A DNA stretch of 64,000 nt, taken from assembly GCA_963830915.1 (NCBI GenBank), contig CAWHOE010000053.1:100666-164665 (forward strand), read 5' to 3'. A program made the position numbers and the translations under genes. Source of the stretch: a candidate division FCPU426 bacterium. Lineage in GTDB: Bacteria > Oederibacteriota > Muellerivitia > Muellerivitales > Muellerivitaceae. Of this stretch, positions 1-9,531 are shown in pieces (position 1 is the stretch's first letter; each line of letters starts with the position of its first letter). The notes under the pieces were generated by a model, which searched no databases, was not told where the DNA came from, and was given only the letters and a program-made list of their open reading frames with translations.

Positions 1-566
1 AAGAACACCGCAATGGACCTGCCGATGGAAAACTTGTGGGCTTCCGAAATGACGATCACCATGATGACCAGGCACCAAATGATGAATCCTACCGCCAACA
101 GGGCACAAATGGCGAACCAGATAGTTCCCACAGGCGTTACTATGTCCTTAAGCTCGGTCGCCCCTTGCAGGATCTTGATCCATTTGGGTATCCCTCCGAT
201 GAAAAGCAATAGGATCGCGCCGTACGCGGGTGGATAGACCCAGGCATAGGCCGTGCATACTTCCTTGAATTTCCCGGTCCCGCCCAAAAGTTTCCCCAGG
301 AAGTAGAGGACCACCACATAGACCCAAAAGGCCCCGACCCCGAATATCACCATCACCAGGATTGAAGCTAATAGGGACGCGAGGGGTGGCAACCATTTGT
401 TGAAAAGGAAGTAATAGTCGGGATTGATCCCGGCTATAAAACTATATAAAGGGACGAGCAGCCATATCCCATAGCCAGGATCCTGTTCGATAAGTTGCCG
501 GACCGTCTCGCGGGGATGGACGCAAACGGAGAAAAAAGCTCGCAGATATGATATTTGTTTGCTCAT
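1..566 (-). CDS. Yip1-like membrane protein (3' end runs off window)
   Basis: Own translation from ATG at 566: MSKQISYLRAFFSVCVHPRETVRQLIEQD...LGKLLGGTGKFKEVCTAYAWS...ISEAHKFSIGRS; open to the window edge; several TM segments; HPRET and GGTG.F motifs typical of bacterial Yip1. Confidence 0.7.
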   Translation of the reverse strand, partial: MSKQISYLRAFFSVCVHPRETVRQLIEQDPGYGIWLLVPLYSFIAGINPDYYFLFNKWLPPLASLLASILVMVIFGVGAFWVYVVVLYFLGKLLGGTGKFKEVCTAYAWVYPPAYGAILLLFIGGIPKWIKILQGATELKDIVTPVGTIWFAICALLAVGFIIWCLVIMVIVISEAHKFSIGRSIAVF

Positions 567-672
567 GGGTCTTCCTTATACATATGAGTTATTAACTGAT
601 GAATAGTTTAAATGAGGCCTGCCTCAAAGTTGGAAAATAATGTTTCCATCCAAACAATCCCATCATCTCATT

Positions 673-1278
673 TTAAGAAACCTCAAAAAGTATCCTGAGC
701 CTGGTTTTTGAATCGACCGACACATTGTCCTTGGCCGCGGGTTTGAATCGCCATTTTGCGGCGGTATTCAGGGCAATAGCGTCCAATTCGTCGTTTCCGC
801 TGGAATCCAAAAGCCTGGGTGTGACCAATCCCTGGGCCGTGATGAGAAATTCGATGACCACGCTTGTCTTCAATTTCTGGTCCCGCAGATAACCCGGGAT
901 AACCGGCGCCGGCGCGTAAAAAGCCACAGGCCCATGGGTAGGTCCCAAAGCCAGGCCCGCCTCCACTTGATTCCTGGTTTCCTGGGTCTTGGGTGGTTCC
1001 TTTTTCACCTCTCTTTTACGCGGGTTTTGTTTTCGGCTGAAGACGACTTCATCCTCGTCCTTGACCGCCGAGGCCCCGGTCAAATGGGCGTTGGCGGGCA
1101 ACTGGATGATCTGGGCGTCGATATAGTTAGCTGAATCAAAGGGGTTCTTGAAAATAGAAAGATGACCCAACCCCAGCGTGAGGAAAAACAGGAGTTCGAA
1201 TCCCAAGGCCAACCCCGCGGACTGCCAAACCCGTTTTCCCTCGTCCTCGAACGATACGTCGATGGTTCCCATGTTCAT
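673..1278 (-). CDS. tonB: energy transducer TonB family protein
   Basis: N-terminal TM, charged linker, C-terminal SSGNDELDAIALNTAAKWRFKPA TonB_C motif; overlaps exbD. Confidence 0.85.
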   Translation of the reverse strand: MNMGTIDVSFEDEGKRVWQSAGLALGFELLFFLTLGLGHLSIFKNPFDSANYIDAQIIQLPANAHLTGASAVKDEDEVVFSRKQNPRKREVKKEPPKTQETRNQVEAGLALGPTHGPVAFYAPAPVIPGYLRDQKLKTSVVIEFLITAQGLVTPRLLDSSGNDELDAIALNTAAKWRFKPAAKDNVSVDSKTRLRILFEVS

Positions 1279-1685
1279 TTATCCTTCCCGGCCTCGGCGA
1301 CAAGGGCGAATTTCCGCACGCCCGATTCCTTGGATTTGTCCATGGCCGACACCACCAGCCCATAACCCACACCCGCGTCCGCGTTGACGATGACCGCCGC
1401 CTGAGGGTCGCTTTGCATCTGGTAGGCCAGCTGGCTACCCAGGGTGTCCAGCGTCACGGAGGTCTTGTTGACCATTAGGGAGCCGTCCTTCTTGACCGTG
1501 AGGATGACATTCTGCTTCAGGGTCTCGGGTTTACCCGACATCTTGGGAAGCAGTACCTTGACGCTGTTAATACGCGTCATGGCCAGGGATGACACCATGA
1601 AAAAGACCAACAGGAAGAAAATGACGTCGATCATGGGGATGATCTCGATTCGTACCCTTTGGATGGGCCTTTGCCGAATTTGCAT
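1275..1685 (-). CDS. exbD: biopolymer transporter ExbD/TolR
   Basis: IIPMIDVIFFLLVFFMV motif; ADAGVGYG; between exbB and tonB. Confidence 0.92.
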   Translation of the reverse strand: MQIRQRPIQRVRIEIIPMIDVIFFLLVFFMVSSLAMTRINSVKVLLPKMSGKPETLKQNVILTVKKDGSLMVNKTSVTLDTLGSQLAYQMQSDPQAAVIVNADAGVGYGLVVSAMDKSKESGVRKFALVAEAGKDK

Positions 1686-2320
1686 TATTTCTTCCTCCTT
1701 TCGGAAGCCAGCCTCACCTCGATGAGACGGGAAGCCGCCGATTCCATCCGATAGATGAAATTCTTTATCAAGGTGTTGAAATAATTAAGGGCGATGACGC
1801 AAACCAGCGCGATGACCAGGCCGGTGGCGGTGGCGATCAGCGCCTCCGCGATGCCGCCCGTGATGGAATAGGGATCATCCACCCCGCTTTGGGTCAGGAC
1901 CTTGAAGGACCCCATCATGCCCAGGATGGTTCCCAGGAGGCCCATCAGGGGGGCGATGGTGATGGTCGTATCCAGCACATGCACCCTTTTTTCCAGGCGG
2001 GGCACCCAGCTTTCTCCCTCGTTCTTCATGGCCAGTTCCATCTCATTCAAGGGGCTGGAAAAATGTTCCAGACCTGTTTTCAAGACAGCGGCCACAGGGA
2101 TCGCCTTTCCCTCGCACAATTTCAGACCCTCTTCCAGTTTTCCTCCCTGAACCTTTTCCAGGACTTTCTGGATGAAACCCTGGGGTGTCACGTATTCTTT
2201 GTGGAACGTCCGCCAACGCTCGATGATCACCGTCAAAGCGATCAATGAGGACGCCAAAAGCGGGATCATCATGAAACCGCCGTGGAATATGAATTTGAAT
2301 CCCTCGAATATATTGTTCAT
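1685..2320 (-). CDS. exbB: MotA/TolQ/ExbB proton channel protein
   Basis: APLMGLLGTILGMMGSF and GIAEALIATATGLVIA motifs. Confidence 0.92.
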   Translation of the reverse strand: MNNIFEGFKFIFHGGFMMIPLLASSLIALTVIIERWRTFHKEYVTPQGFIQKVLEKVQGGKLEEGLKLCEGKAIPVAAVLKTGLEHFSSPLNEMELAMKNEGESWVPRLEKRVHVLDTTITIAPLMGLLGTILGMMGSFKVLTQSGVDDPYSITGGIAEALIATATGLVIALVCVIALNYFNTLIKNFIYRMESAASRLIEVRLASERRKK

Positions 2321-2406
2321 GACTACATCCTTTCATGTGTCGAAATAAGGTGGCATAACGCCGGCCGATCCCTGAAAACCGGCCGACGCTTGCCGTGGCG
2401 CTTGGA

Positions 2407-4821
2407 TTAGATCGTCTTGGCCAAGTGGAAGATGAATTCCCGGCCGTTTTCATAATGGTTCCCGTTGTATCCGTTGTTGATGAAGATGGCGTAGGGATCA
2501 TCGAGAAGATTCAACACATCCAGGCTAACCTTGAGCCCCGCAAGCCCGCTTTCCTTCTGGAAGGCATATCCCAGGGTAAGGTCGGCCGTGAAATGGGACG
2601 GCAGTCTCAAGCTGTTATTGGGCCCGGTGCTCAATCCCCCGCCGAACAGGCCTTCCGCCGTGATCCAGACGTCCCCGGGGTTATAGGTCAAACCTCCGTT
2701 TGCCGTATGGATCTGGCAGTGATCCAGGAACTGGTAAGCGGTCGACGTGGGCGTATTGGGCGGGAAAGCGAAGAGGCCTCCGCTGATCCCCTGTCCCTCG
2801 GCGATCTCGTAGGAGTAGTTGCCGAAGTCCGACCAATCCTTGTCGAGCTTGCCGCGCATGGAAAATTCCACGCCATAGGCATATCCGGTGGCGAAGTTGT
2901 AAGGCTGGGCTATGGCCGTATTCAGCAATTGGGTCTCATCCAGCATATTGACCGCGCTTTTGTAGTAGGTGTTGACGGTGAACAACTGATCCCCCGCCTG
3001 CTGGGCTACGCCCGCCTCGAAATAATCGTCCTTTTCGGCCTTGATGTCATAGGGCGCCAGCGCGTTGCCACCGCCGATGCTGACGAAGGTGTCCCTCAAG
3101 TCCTCGGCAGGCGCCGGCATGAAGAGCTTCCCGTAAAAAACATGGAACTTGGTGGATTCAGTGGGAAGGATGCTCACCCCAACGCGAGGCCCCCAGTTGC
3201 TGTCGTTGGATGTGGTGTCGGGAAAAACGAATTGGATGGCGTCAAAGCGGACGCCCCCATTCACGACCAGCCATTTTGCCAGCGTGAGCTCGTCCTGCAC
3301 GTACACTCCTTCCTGATAACCCGTATCGGAAGAGTTGTCCGAACTGGCCGTAGTAGAGGGTCCGCTACCCGTATTCACGACCTCGGTCACCGAAACAGGC
3401 CCGGATGACTGGGTCACCAGGACCTGACCGCCCGCCTTGATCAGGTTGGACGATCCCGCGCGCAGGGTGTAATCCACCTGCGTTCCGTAATTGTTGCTGG
3501 TGCGGTTCTCTGAAAAAGAGGACTCGGTGATACTGCCCAGTTGGGCGGCCAGGGCATCGTTCTGGGCCGCGGCCAGGTCGTTGGTCGGATCATTGGTGAA
3601 GGTCAAATTCGACTCTTTCCAATAAGGCGCGATCTGGATGAAGGAATCCTCATCGAATGTGTGCTTCCAGGCGAATTCAACGTACTTATTCGCCTCCGAT
3701 TGAGTGTCGTTGGTGGTAGAAGGCACATAATTAAAGGGGCCGTTCCCAAATGTATCGGTCAAGCCTTGGAAATAAGCGAAATTGGAACCCCCGGGATCGA
3801 AGGAACTGTCATAGTCGGGGATCTGAAAAAACTTGTCCTCACTGAAAGCAACCAGGACCAATTTGTCCGCGTTATCCGCCACCCAATCCAGTTTCAGGAA
3901 GGCGTCCGAACCATAACTCTTGTCGTGGATTGCCTGCTCGCTTCCCCCGTTCTGGTCGTTTTGGATATCAGCCGGAGCGGGCGTGTCCAACCCCCTATCG
4001 GTCGAGAAGGCGTTGGCCGATAGGAAATAATGGAAAGCGCCCGAACCGTCCGAACCGCCGTAATTGGCGTAGGAATTGGTCTGGTCATAGGAACCATAAC
4101 TCAAGCCGATCTCGCCGCCCGGCTGGGTGGAACCGGACTTGGTAACGATGTTCACCACACCCGCCATGCGGGACCCGAACTCGGGGGCCAACCCGCCCGT
4201 CAGGATCTCCATATGGTCGATGTTGACCGGGGTGAAGGCTTCCCCGAAGGACCCTCCGACCGAATCCGGCAGTTGGATGCCGTCGATCTGATATTGCAAA
4301 TTCGCGTGGTTGCCCCGGGTGAAGACCTGCCCAAAATCACCCTCCACAAAACCGGCAGTGGTGGTGTAAAGCAGTTTGGGCATGCTGGTGGTGGCTCCTT
4401 CGGGTAGCTGGGCGATATCGTCCGCGCTCAGGTCCCGGCTGGAGTCGGAAGCGGGGGTGACCAGATGACGTTTGGCCTTCACCGTCATTTGGATCTCGCC
4501 AGCCGGCGCCAGCTTCACTTCCAAGGAGGAAGAATCGCCGGATACGGCGATGGAACCCTGGTAGGGGCTAAAACCGTCGGCCTGGACGGTCACCTGGTAA
4601 TCCCCAATGGTGAGGGGGAAGGCCTGGAAAGTCCCGGTGGCCGAGGAGGTCAGATCCTTTTCCAGTCCCTGCCCCTTAATGGTCACCTTGGCATTGGAAA
4701 CCGCCACGCCCTGATCGTCCACGATCGTCCCGGATAATGCCCCATCCACCGTGGCGAACAGCCGGCCCGTTGGCAGAATAGCGAAAAGAAAAACCCATAT
4801 AACAATCAAATTTTTAAGCAT
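2407..4821 (-). CDS. TonB-dependent outer-membrane receptor with N-terminal carboxypeptidase-regulatory-like domain
   Basis: Signal peptide, LSGTIVDDQG..V..A.V domain, plug RGNHANLQYQIDG, GGLAPEFGSRMAGVVNIVTKSG, C-terminal NLLD...GREF. Confidence 0.92.
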   Translation of the reverse strand: MLKNLIVIWVFLFAILPTGRLFATVDGALSGTIVDDQGVAVSNAKVTIKGQGLEKDLTSSATGTFQAFPLTIGDYQVTVQADGFSPYQGSIAVSGDSSSLEVKLAPAGEIQMTVKAKRHLVTPASDSSRDLSADDIAQLPEGATTSMPKLLYTTTAGFVEGDFGQVFTRGNHANLQYQIDGIQLPDSVGGSFGEAFTPVNIDHMEILTGGLAPEFGSRMAGVVNIVTKSGSTQPGGEIGLSYGSYDQTNSYANYGGSDGSGAFHYFLSANAFSTDRGLDTPAPADIQNDQNGGSEQAIHDKSYGSDAFLKLDWVADNADKLVLVAFSEDKFFQIPDYDSSFDPGGSNFAYFQGLTDTFGNGPFNYVPSTTNDTQSEANKYVEFAWKHTFDEDSFIQIAPYWKESNLTFTNDPTNDLAAAQNDALAAQLGSITESSFSENRTSNNYGTQVDYTLRAGSSNLIKAGGQVLVTQSSGPVSVTEVVNTGSGPSTTASSDNSSDTGYQEGVYVQDELTLAKWLVVNGGVRFDAIQFVFPDTTSNDSNWGPRVGVSILPTESTKFHVFYGKLFMPAPAEDLRDTFVSIGGGNALAPYDIKAEKDDYFEAGVAQQAGDQLFTVNTYYKSAVNMLDETQLLNTAIAQPYNFATGYAYGVEFSMRGKLDKDWSDFGNYSYEIAEGQGISGGLFAFPPNTPTSTAYQFLDHCQIHTANGGLTYNPGDVWITAEGLFGGGLSTGPNNSLRLPSHFTADLTLGYAFQKESGLAGLKVSLDVLNLLDDPYAIFINNGYNGNHYENGREFIFHLAKTI

Positions 4822-4891
4822 CGTTGGTCTCCTTGAGAATGTTTATTTCGCTGCGGATAAATGTCTTTTGAACTGGACGTCACGGTCCTCA

Positions 4892-5146
4892 TTAGGTTGT
4901 CACCGGAAAGGCGATCCCTTCCTTAAGCAACATAAAAAGGATCAAGATGGCCCCCAAGCCTGTGATTAAAACCGCGACCCAAAATTTCCAGTTCCTTTCC
5001 GGAATAATGGATCGATATTCGATCTTGACCTTCGTCTTTCCCGGCCAAGCGTTGCGAATATAGGTTTTCCTGTCCGATGTTGAACGGGTGTTGTTTTCCG
5101 CCAAAAGGCGGGTTGTTTTTATTCTTTTATGTTCGAGCGTTTTCAT
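4892..5146 (-). CDS. small basic protein with C-terminal TM helix (hypothetical)
   Basis: ATG at 5146 preceded by GAGG; 84 aa; FWVAVLITGLGAILILFMLL hydrophobic stretch; co-oriented between leader and receptor. Confidence 0.5.
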   Translation of the reverse strand: MKTLEHKRIKTTRLLAENNTRSTSDRKTYIRNAWPGKTKVKIEYRSIIPERNWKFWVAVLITGLGAILILFMLLKEGIAFPVTT

Positions 5147-5333
5147 TTTTTTCCTCGAATCTTTTAGCGATTTGAAATCGGCGTGCGGATACAACTGGGA
5201 TCGCTTGGGATCAAACGGGAATACGCAATGAATGATGGTTGGGAAAATTACGAAATCGAGTGGGATGCGCGCGAATAAACACCAGGAATTAAAACACCGG
5301 TGCTATCAGTTCACTTGTTTTCCCGTTTGAGAA

Positions 5334-5624
5334 TTAGGAAAGAACGGCTGGAGGGGCGCGACCTGAATGTGTTATTAGTCGGGTGAAGTGGTATGTGGGA
5401 AGAAGGACAAACACCGAGGAAACAATTAAGAAATAAGGGATGATCTCAACGGGAGCCGCGGAAATATCAGAGTTGCTGACAGCTTTATGAAACCCGCAAT
5501 AGGCGCAATCGCTGTCTTCTGTTGTTTCGTGATGGTGGTGGATGAAGCCTTCGGAAAGATCCACCCCGGCGAAAACCAGGAAAACGGAAAAAGCCAGGAT
5601 CGAGAACCACTTGTTTGAGCGCAT
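5334..5624 (-). CDS. DUF2946-like leader protein (His-rich, CxxC, C-terminal RAPP)
   Basis: Signal-like N-terminus, HHHH...DCAYC, ends SGRAPPAVLS; upstream of a TonB-dependent receptor. Confidence 0.8.
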   Translation of the reverse strand: MRSNKWFSILAFSVFLVFAGVDLSEGFIHHHHETTEDSDCAYCGFHKAVSNSDISAAPVEIIPYFLIVSSVFVLLPTYHFTRLITHSGRAPPAVLS

Positions 5625-5769
5625 CAAATCTCCCGAACGGAATGGTTTGTATAATGACAGAGATTTGCAAAAAAAGTCAATTATTGGACATAAATATAGA
5701 TATAAATTTAATACGTTAGATAAAGTTAATCTTTGAATTTTCCGACGACATCTCGATCCTATTCTCGTT

Positions 5770-8700
5770 TCAACGGATGACGATCACCTTTAATATTTTG
5801 GTCATTGGCTGTGGACCGTCGATTTCCACCCTCAGGTAATAAAGCCCATTGGCCGCCTGGTTTCCCCACTGGTCCTTCAGGTCCCATGACAAAATCCCGC
5901 TGGTAACGACTCCCTCATCATGGGCATAAATTTTCCTGTAGGCGGTGGTGAAAACATCGAACCGCACCCGAGAGGGACTGGCGACCGTGTAACAGCAGGA
6001 GATCAGGCCCCACTTCACCGGGTTCGGATAAGGCAAGCAGATGGAATTGATCGGCACGGGTGTGGGACTGATGGTGGGGGTCAAGGTGAGGGTCGGGGTG
6101 AAACTGGCTGTTTGAGTGGACGTTTGGGTAGCGGTAAAGCTGGGTGTTGATGTGGAGCTTTGGGTGGCTGTGGAAGTTGGTGTTTGCGTCGACGTTTGGG
6201 TAGCGGTGGATGTCGGGGTCGAGCTCGGGACCGTATCGGTGGCTGTGTTGCTGGATGTTTGGGTGGGTGTTTGGGTGGCGGTATTGGTAGGGGTCGAGGT
6301 CGGGCTGGCCGTCGAACTGCCCGTTGAGGTGGGGGTGGGCGTGTAGGTCGGAAAAGGATCGTAATAGATCAGCACCCGGGAACGGTTATTATCCACGGTA
6401 TAAAGGTTGTCCTGCTCGTCGAAAGTTTCCGAGTACATATTGGAATAAAAGTCGTTCAAGTGGGTCCAGGGGTTCGAGGGGTCGGTGGGGTCGAAATTAG
6501 CGCGGGGGTTGGGGATGACCGCCGGGACCCTCTCAAAGCCCGCCACCACCATGTCCTGGTCGGCGGAGGGAAAAGCCGGCTGGAGGGGCATGCAGACATC
6601 GGCAATGGGGTTGGAGGCCGGGGGCGAAACACAAGTGCCGGTGAAAACCCCGTTCCGATCGTAGATATGGGTCGCTCCCGAATAGGGGGACGCGCTCAGG
6701 AACTGGATGGCGTTCTGGGAAACGGAAGCCTGGGTGGCCTGGCCGATCTCCGAGACGTCATATTCCAACAGGCGCCAGTTCCCCGCAGTCTCCAGGGAGA
6801 AATCGCAGACATAGAGGTTGCCAGCGTGGTCCAGGGCCAGGGCCCCCGGGGTGTTGAGCGTGTATTGGTTCAATGAAATGGAACCCGTACAGCTCCCCGC
6901 GCTCAGGGTACCGAAATTCGAGCAGTCATTATTGGAAGCGTTGGTCTGACCGATGAGGATATCCACCACCGGTCCCAAGCCCAATTTCCCCAAGGGGTCC
7001 CGGACTCGAAAAACCCGGCTATGCATGTTGTCCGCCACCCAAAGGTAGGAAACAGGCCCGCTGGCGTAGGGCGTGGAAACGCTGGCGCAAGGCATCAGGT
7101 CGTTCAAGCCGCTCAGGCCGCCGGTCCCGGTCCAGTCGACGAGGGACGCTGGCGCGCCCAAGACGGGAATATTGGTGGCGACAGAGGAGTTGGCAGATCC
7201 GTAATTGGACAAGGGCAGGTTGAAGATCTGCGCTGTTTGCTCGTAATCGATGGCCCACAAATGCTGGCTGCCGGTCGCCCCGGTGGAGTGGTCCACCCTA
7301 AGGCGGGTGAAGAAGTGCCCGTTCGAGAAAGGCAGGGTCACGCTGGAGCTGTTGACTCCCGCGAAGCCATCGGGCGCCTGGCCGGTGGCGAGGGCCTGGG
7401 GGCCGGTGGGGATGTTCCAATAATCCAACCGCCAGCAGTCCGCGATGATCAACTGGGGTGAGGGATTGTCCTGGCCCACGGCCACACCATAGACCTGGTA
7501 GATGCCGTTGAACCCGACCTGGTTGAACATGCCCAATTGGCTTTGCTTGAATACCTCCACATCCGACGAATAGATCTTCCCAGCCTGGGGCGTGGGAATG
7601 GGCGCGGGAAAACGGCGGATGTTCTCGAACCCTCCCTTGGACATGGCGTAAACGTTGCCGTTCCCGTCCACCGCCACCGCTTCGGGATTGGGGACGTAGG
7701 CCGATTGGCTGGATGTTCCGGAAGTGTAGTAAAAATCCGGTCCCGTTTCAGTAAGGGTCGTGCCAGGCGTGGCAGGCGGAAGATTGTCCCGCATGAGGGC
7801 GTTGATGGGCTGAAGGGCCGTGACCGAACCCCCGGCGTTCAGAAGGGTCTGGAACTCCACCACGCTTCCGATGTTCGCCACCCCTCCCACCGAATTGGCT
7901 ACCCAAAGGTTGTTGGAGTTATCCAGAACGATGCCAAAGGCGCCTGTGAGGTTGGAACTATAGACCATGTCAGGCGCCGCAACGGCCGAATGGCCCGCGT
8001 AGGTCGCGGCGTTGAAAATGGAGATATGACCCGTGCTGTCCATGACATATACATTCTCGCTGCTGTCGACCTGGACGAAAAAGGGGACGTCGAGATTGGC
8101 GGGAGCACCCGTGTTGAAATTTCCCTGGCCCAGCACCAGGTCCGCGGTGGATTGGGGAACGCCCCCGACCCCCGCCGGGAAACGGAGGATACGGTTGTTG
8201 GTAGTGTCCGACACCCATAAGTTATGTTGGCCGTCGAAAGCCACAGCCGCTGATTCAGCGCCGTTTGGGTCGGTGCAGGGTCCCACCACGGAAACAGCGA
8301 TGGCCCCGCCGAAATAGAGAGTGGCGTTGGTGGGCGAGGATAAACCCTGGTTGGCGAGATAGCTTATGTAATCCGGCTGGCCCCACACGCCGGAAGCCGC
8401 CACCCCCTGGGCGCCGGACACGAGGTCGCCGTAGGCATAACGGAGTACCCGGTTGTTGAAGACATCCGGGACGTAAAGATCCCCCGTGGCCGGGTCCACA
8501 GCCATTCCGGCCCAGGAACCGCCTTCCGCGATGGAACCCTGTCGTTGCCACATGCCGCAAAGGGTAGTCTGGCCGGGAGCGACGAAGCCAGGCCAATTCT
8601 GGTCGTTATTATCCCCGTTACAACCGCCATGATTGAAATCGGGCTGACCTAGGACGATGTCGGCGGCATAACCTGTAGAGCCAGCTGGCTGGTTAGGAAG

Positions 8701-8997
8701 GAAGTGGGTGGTATCGCTGAAACCCAGGATACGGCTGTTCCCCGAGTCCCAAACATAGAGGCGGTGATGGGTTGGATTCGGGTCCGCGGCGATGCCTCCC
8801 GGAAGGAATATCCCCGAGGCGGTGACTTGGTTGTAGCTCAAGGAGCCGAAGTTGGGCTGGCCCAGGACCAGGTCGGCCCAAAGGTCACCCGCCGTGCCCC
8901 GAACTGGCTGGGCCAACAAGGGGGCTGCGAAAGACAAAAATATCATTGTTGTGAAGGTGGAAAGACAGCATGTAATTTTTAATATATTTCGGATCAT
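5770..8997 (-). CDS. secreted NHL-repeat beta-propeller protein with Thr/Pro/Ser linker and C-terminal FlgD-Ig/T9SS-A-like domain
   Basis: Repeated ADxVLGQxxF and DxxNxRVL motifs; TPT-rich linker; PYPNP...WDLKDQWGNQAANGLYYLR. Start could be as far upstream as 9048. Confidence 0.8.
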   Translation of the reverse strand: MIRNILKITCCLSTFTTMIFLSFAAPLLAQPVRGTAGDLWADLVLGQPNFGSLSYNQVTASGIFLPGGIAADPNPTHHRLYVWDSGNSRILGFSDTTHFLPNQPAGSTGYAADIVLGQPDFNHGGCNGDNNDQNWPGFVAPGQTTLCGMWQRQGSIAEGGSWAGMAVDPATGDLYVPDVFNNRVLRYAYGDLVSGAQGVAASGVWGQPDYISYLANQGLSSPTNATLYFGGAIAVSVVGPCTDPNGAESAAVAFDGQHNLWVSDTTNNRILRFPAGVGGVPQSTADLVLGQGNFNTGAPANLDVPFFVQVDSSENVYVMDSTGHISIFNAATYAGHSAVAAPDMVYSSNLTGAFGIVLDNSNNLWVANSVGGVANIGSVVEFQTLLNAGGSVTALQPINALMRDNLPPATPGTTLTETGPDFYYTSGTSSQSAYVPNPEAVAVDGNGNVYAMSKGGFENIRRFPAPIPTPQAGKIYSSDVEVFKQSQLGMFNQVGFNGIYQVYGVAVGQDNPSPQLIIADCWRLDYWNIPTGPQALATGQAPDGFAGVNSSSVTLPFSNGHFFTRLRVDHSTGATGSQHLWAIDYEQTAQIFNLPLSNYGSANSSVATNIPVLGAPASLVDWTGTGGLSGLNDLMPCASVSTPYASGPVSYLWVADNMHSRVFRVRDPLGKLGLGPVVDILIGQTNASNNDCSNFGTLSAGSCTGSISLNQYTLNTPGALALDHAGNLYVCDFSLETAGNWRLLEYDVSEIGQATQASVSQNAIQFLSASPYSGATHIYDRNGVFTGTCVSPPASNPIADVCMPLQPAFPSADQDMVVAGFERVPAVIPNPRANFDPTDPSNPWTHLNDFYSNMYSETFDEQDNLYTVDNNRSRVLIYYDPFPTYTPTPTSTGSSTASPTSTPTNTATQTPTQTSSNTATDTVPSSTPTSTATQTSTQTPTSTATQSSTSTPSFTATQTSTQTASFTPTLTLTPTISPTPVPINSICLPYPNPVKWGLISCCYTVASPSRVRFDVFTTAYRKIYAHDEGVVTSGILSWDLKDQWGNQAANGLYYLRVEIDGPQPMTKILKVIVIR

Positions 8998-9231
8998 ATC
9001 ACCCACATTTAAAAGAGAAAAAAGCACCCCATTGAATATACGAACCATTGTTTCTAAGTGGTATTTTCTCTCCCTTTTTGTGAAAAGGCTAATTAATAGA
9101 CGGGAAATAAAGGAAAAAATTCAAATATTTACCATTTTTTAAAGAATTGGACGATGTCTATCGGCCACCAGTTGTTTGCGGTTAGTCACCAGTCTACCGC
9201 TGGCCGGTGGCCAGCCGGTAGGCGGCCGGGG

Positions 9232-9423
9232 GCGACCGGTGCCCGGCCGGTAGGCGGCCGGGGGTGACACCGGGCCTTTTTACCTTTAGGCCCGGTAAAA
9301 CAAAACCATCTGTCTCGGCTGGTTGCCTCGACAGAAGTGCCGGTAACTGGCCAGAAGCGACCGGTGCCCGGCCGGTAGGCGGCCGGGGGGTGACACCGGG
9401 CCTTTTTACCTATAGGCCCGGTA
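9232..9423. repeat. two ~66-bp GC-rich direct repeats, each built of two hairpins
   Basis: GCGACCGGTGCCCGGCCGGTAGGCGGCCGGGGG(G)TGACACCGGGCCTTTTTACCTWTAGGCCCGGTA at 9232-9297 and 9357-9423; partial copy at ~9214. Confidence 0.9.
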
Positions 9424-9531
9424 CAACCAAGACTAGTGCCTCGGTTTGAGACGTCTGGGGCTGGGCCACAAGCTCAGACCCATGTCTTGACTGTGCCGGT
9501 TCCAAAAAGGAACTGACCCTCGGAACAGGTG

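Noticed and set aside
5660..5685. Fur/Mur/Zur-type operator over the leader-gene promoter
   Set aside because: Only weak dyad symmetry in AT-rich DNA; cannot be supported without a comparative motif search
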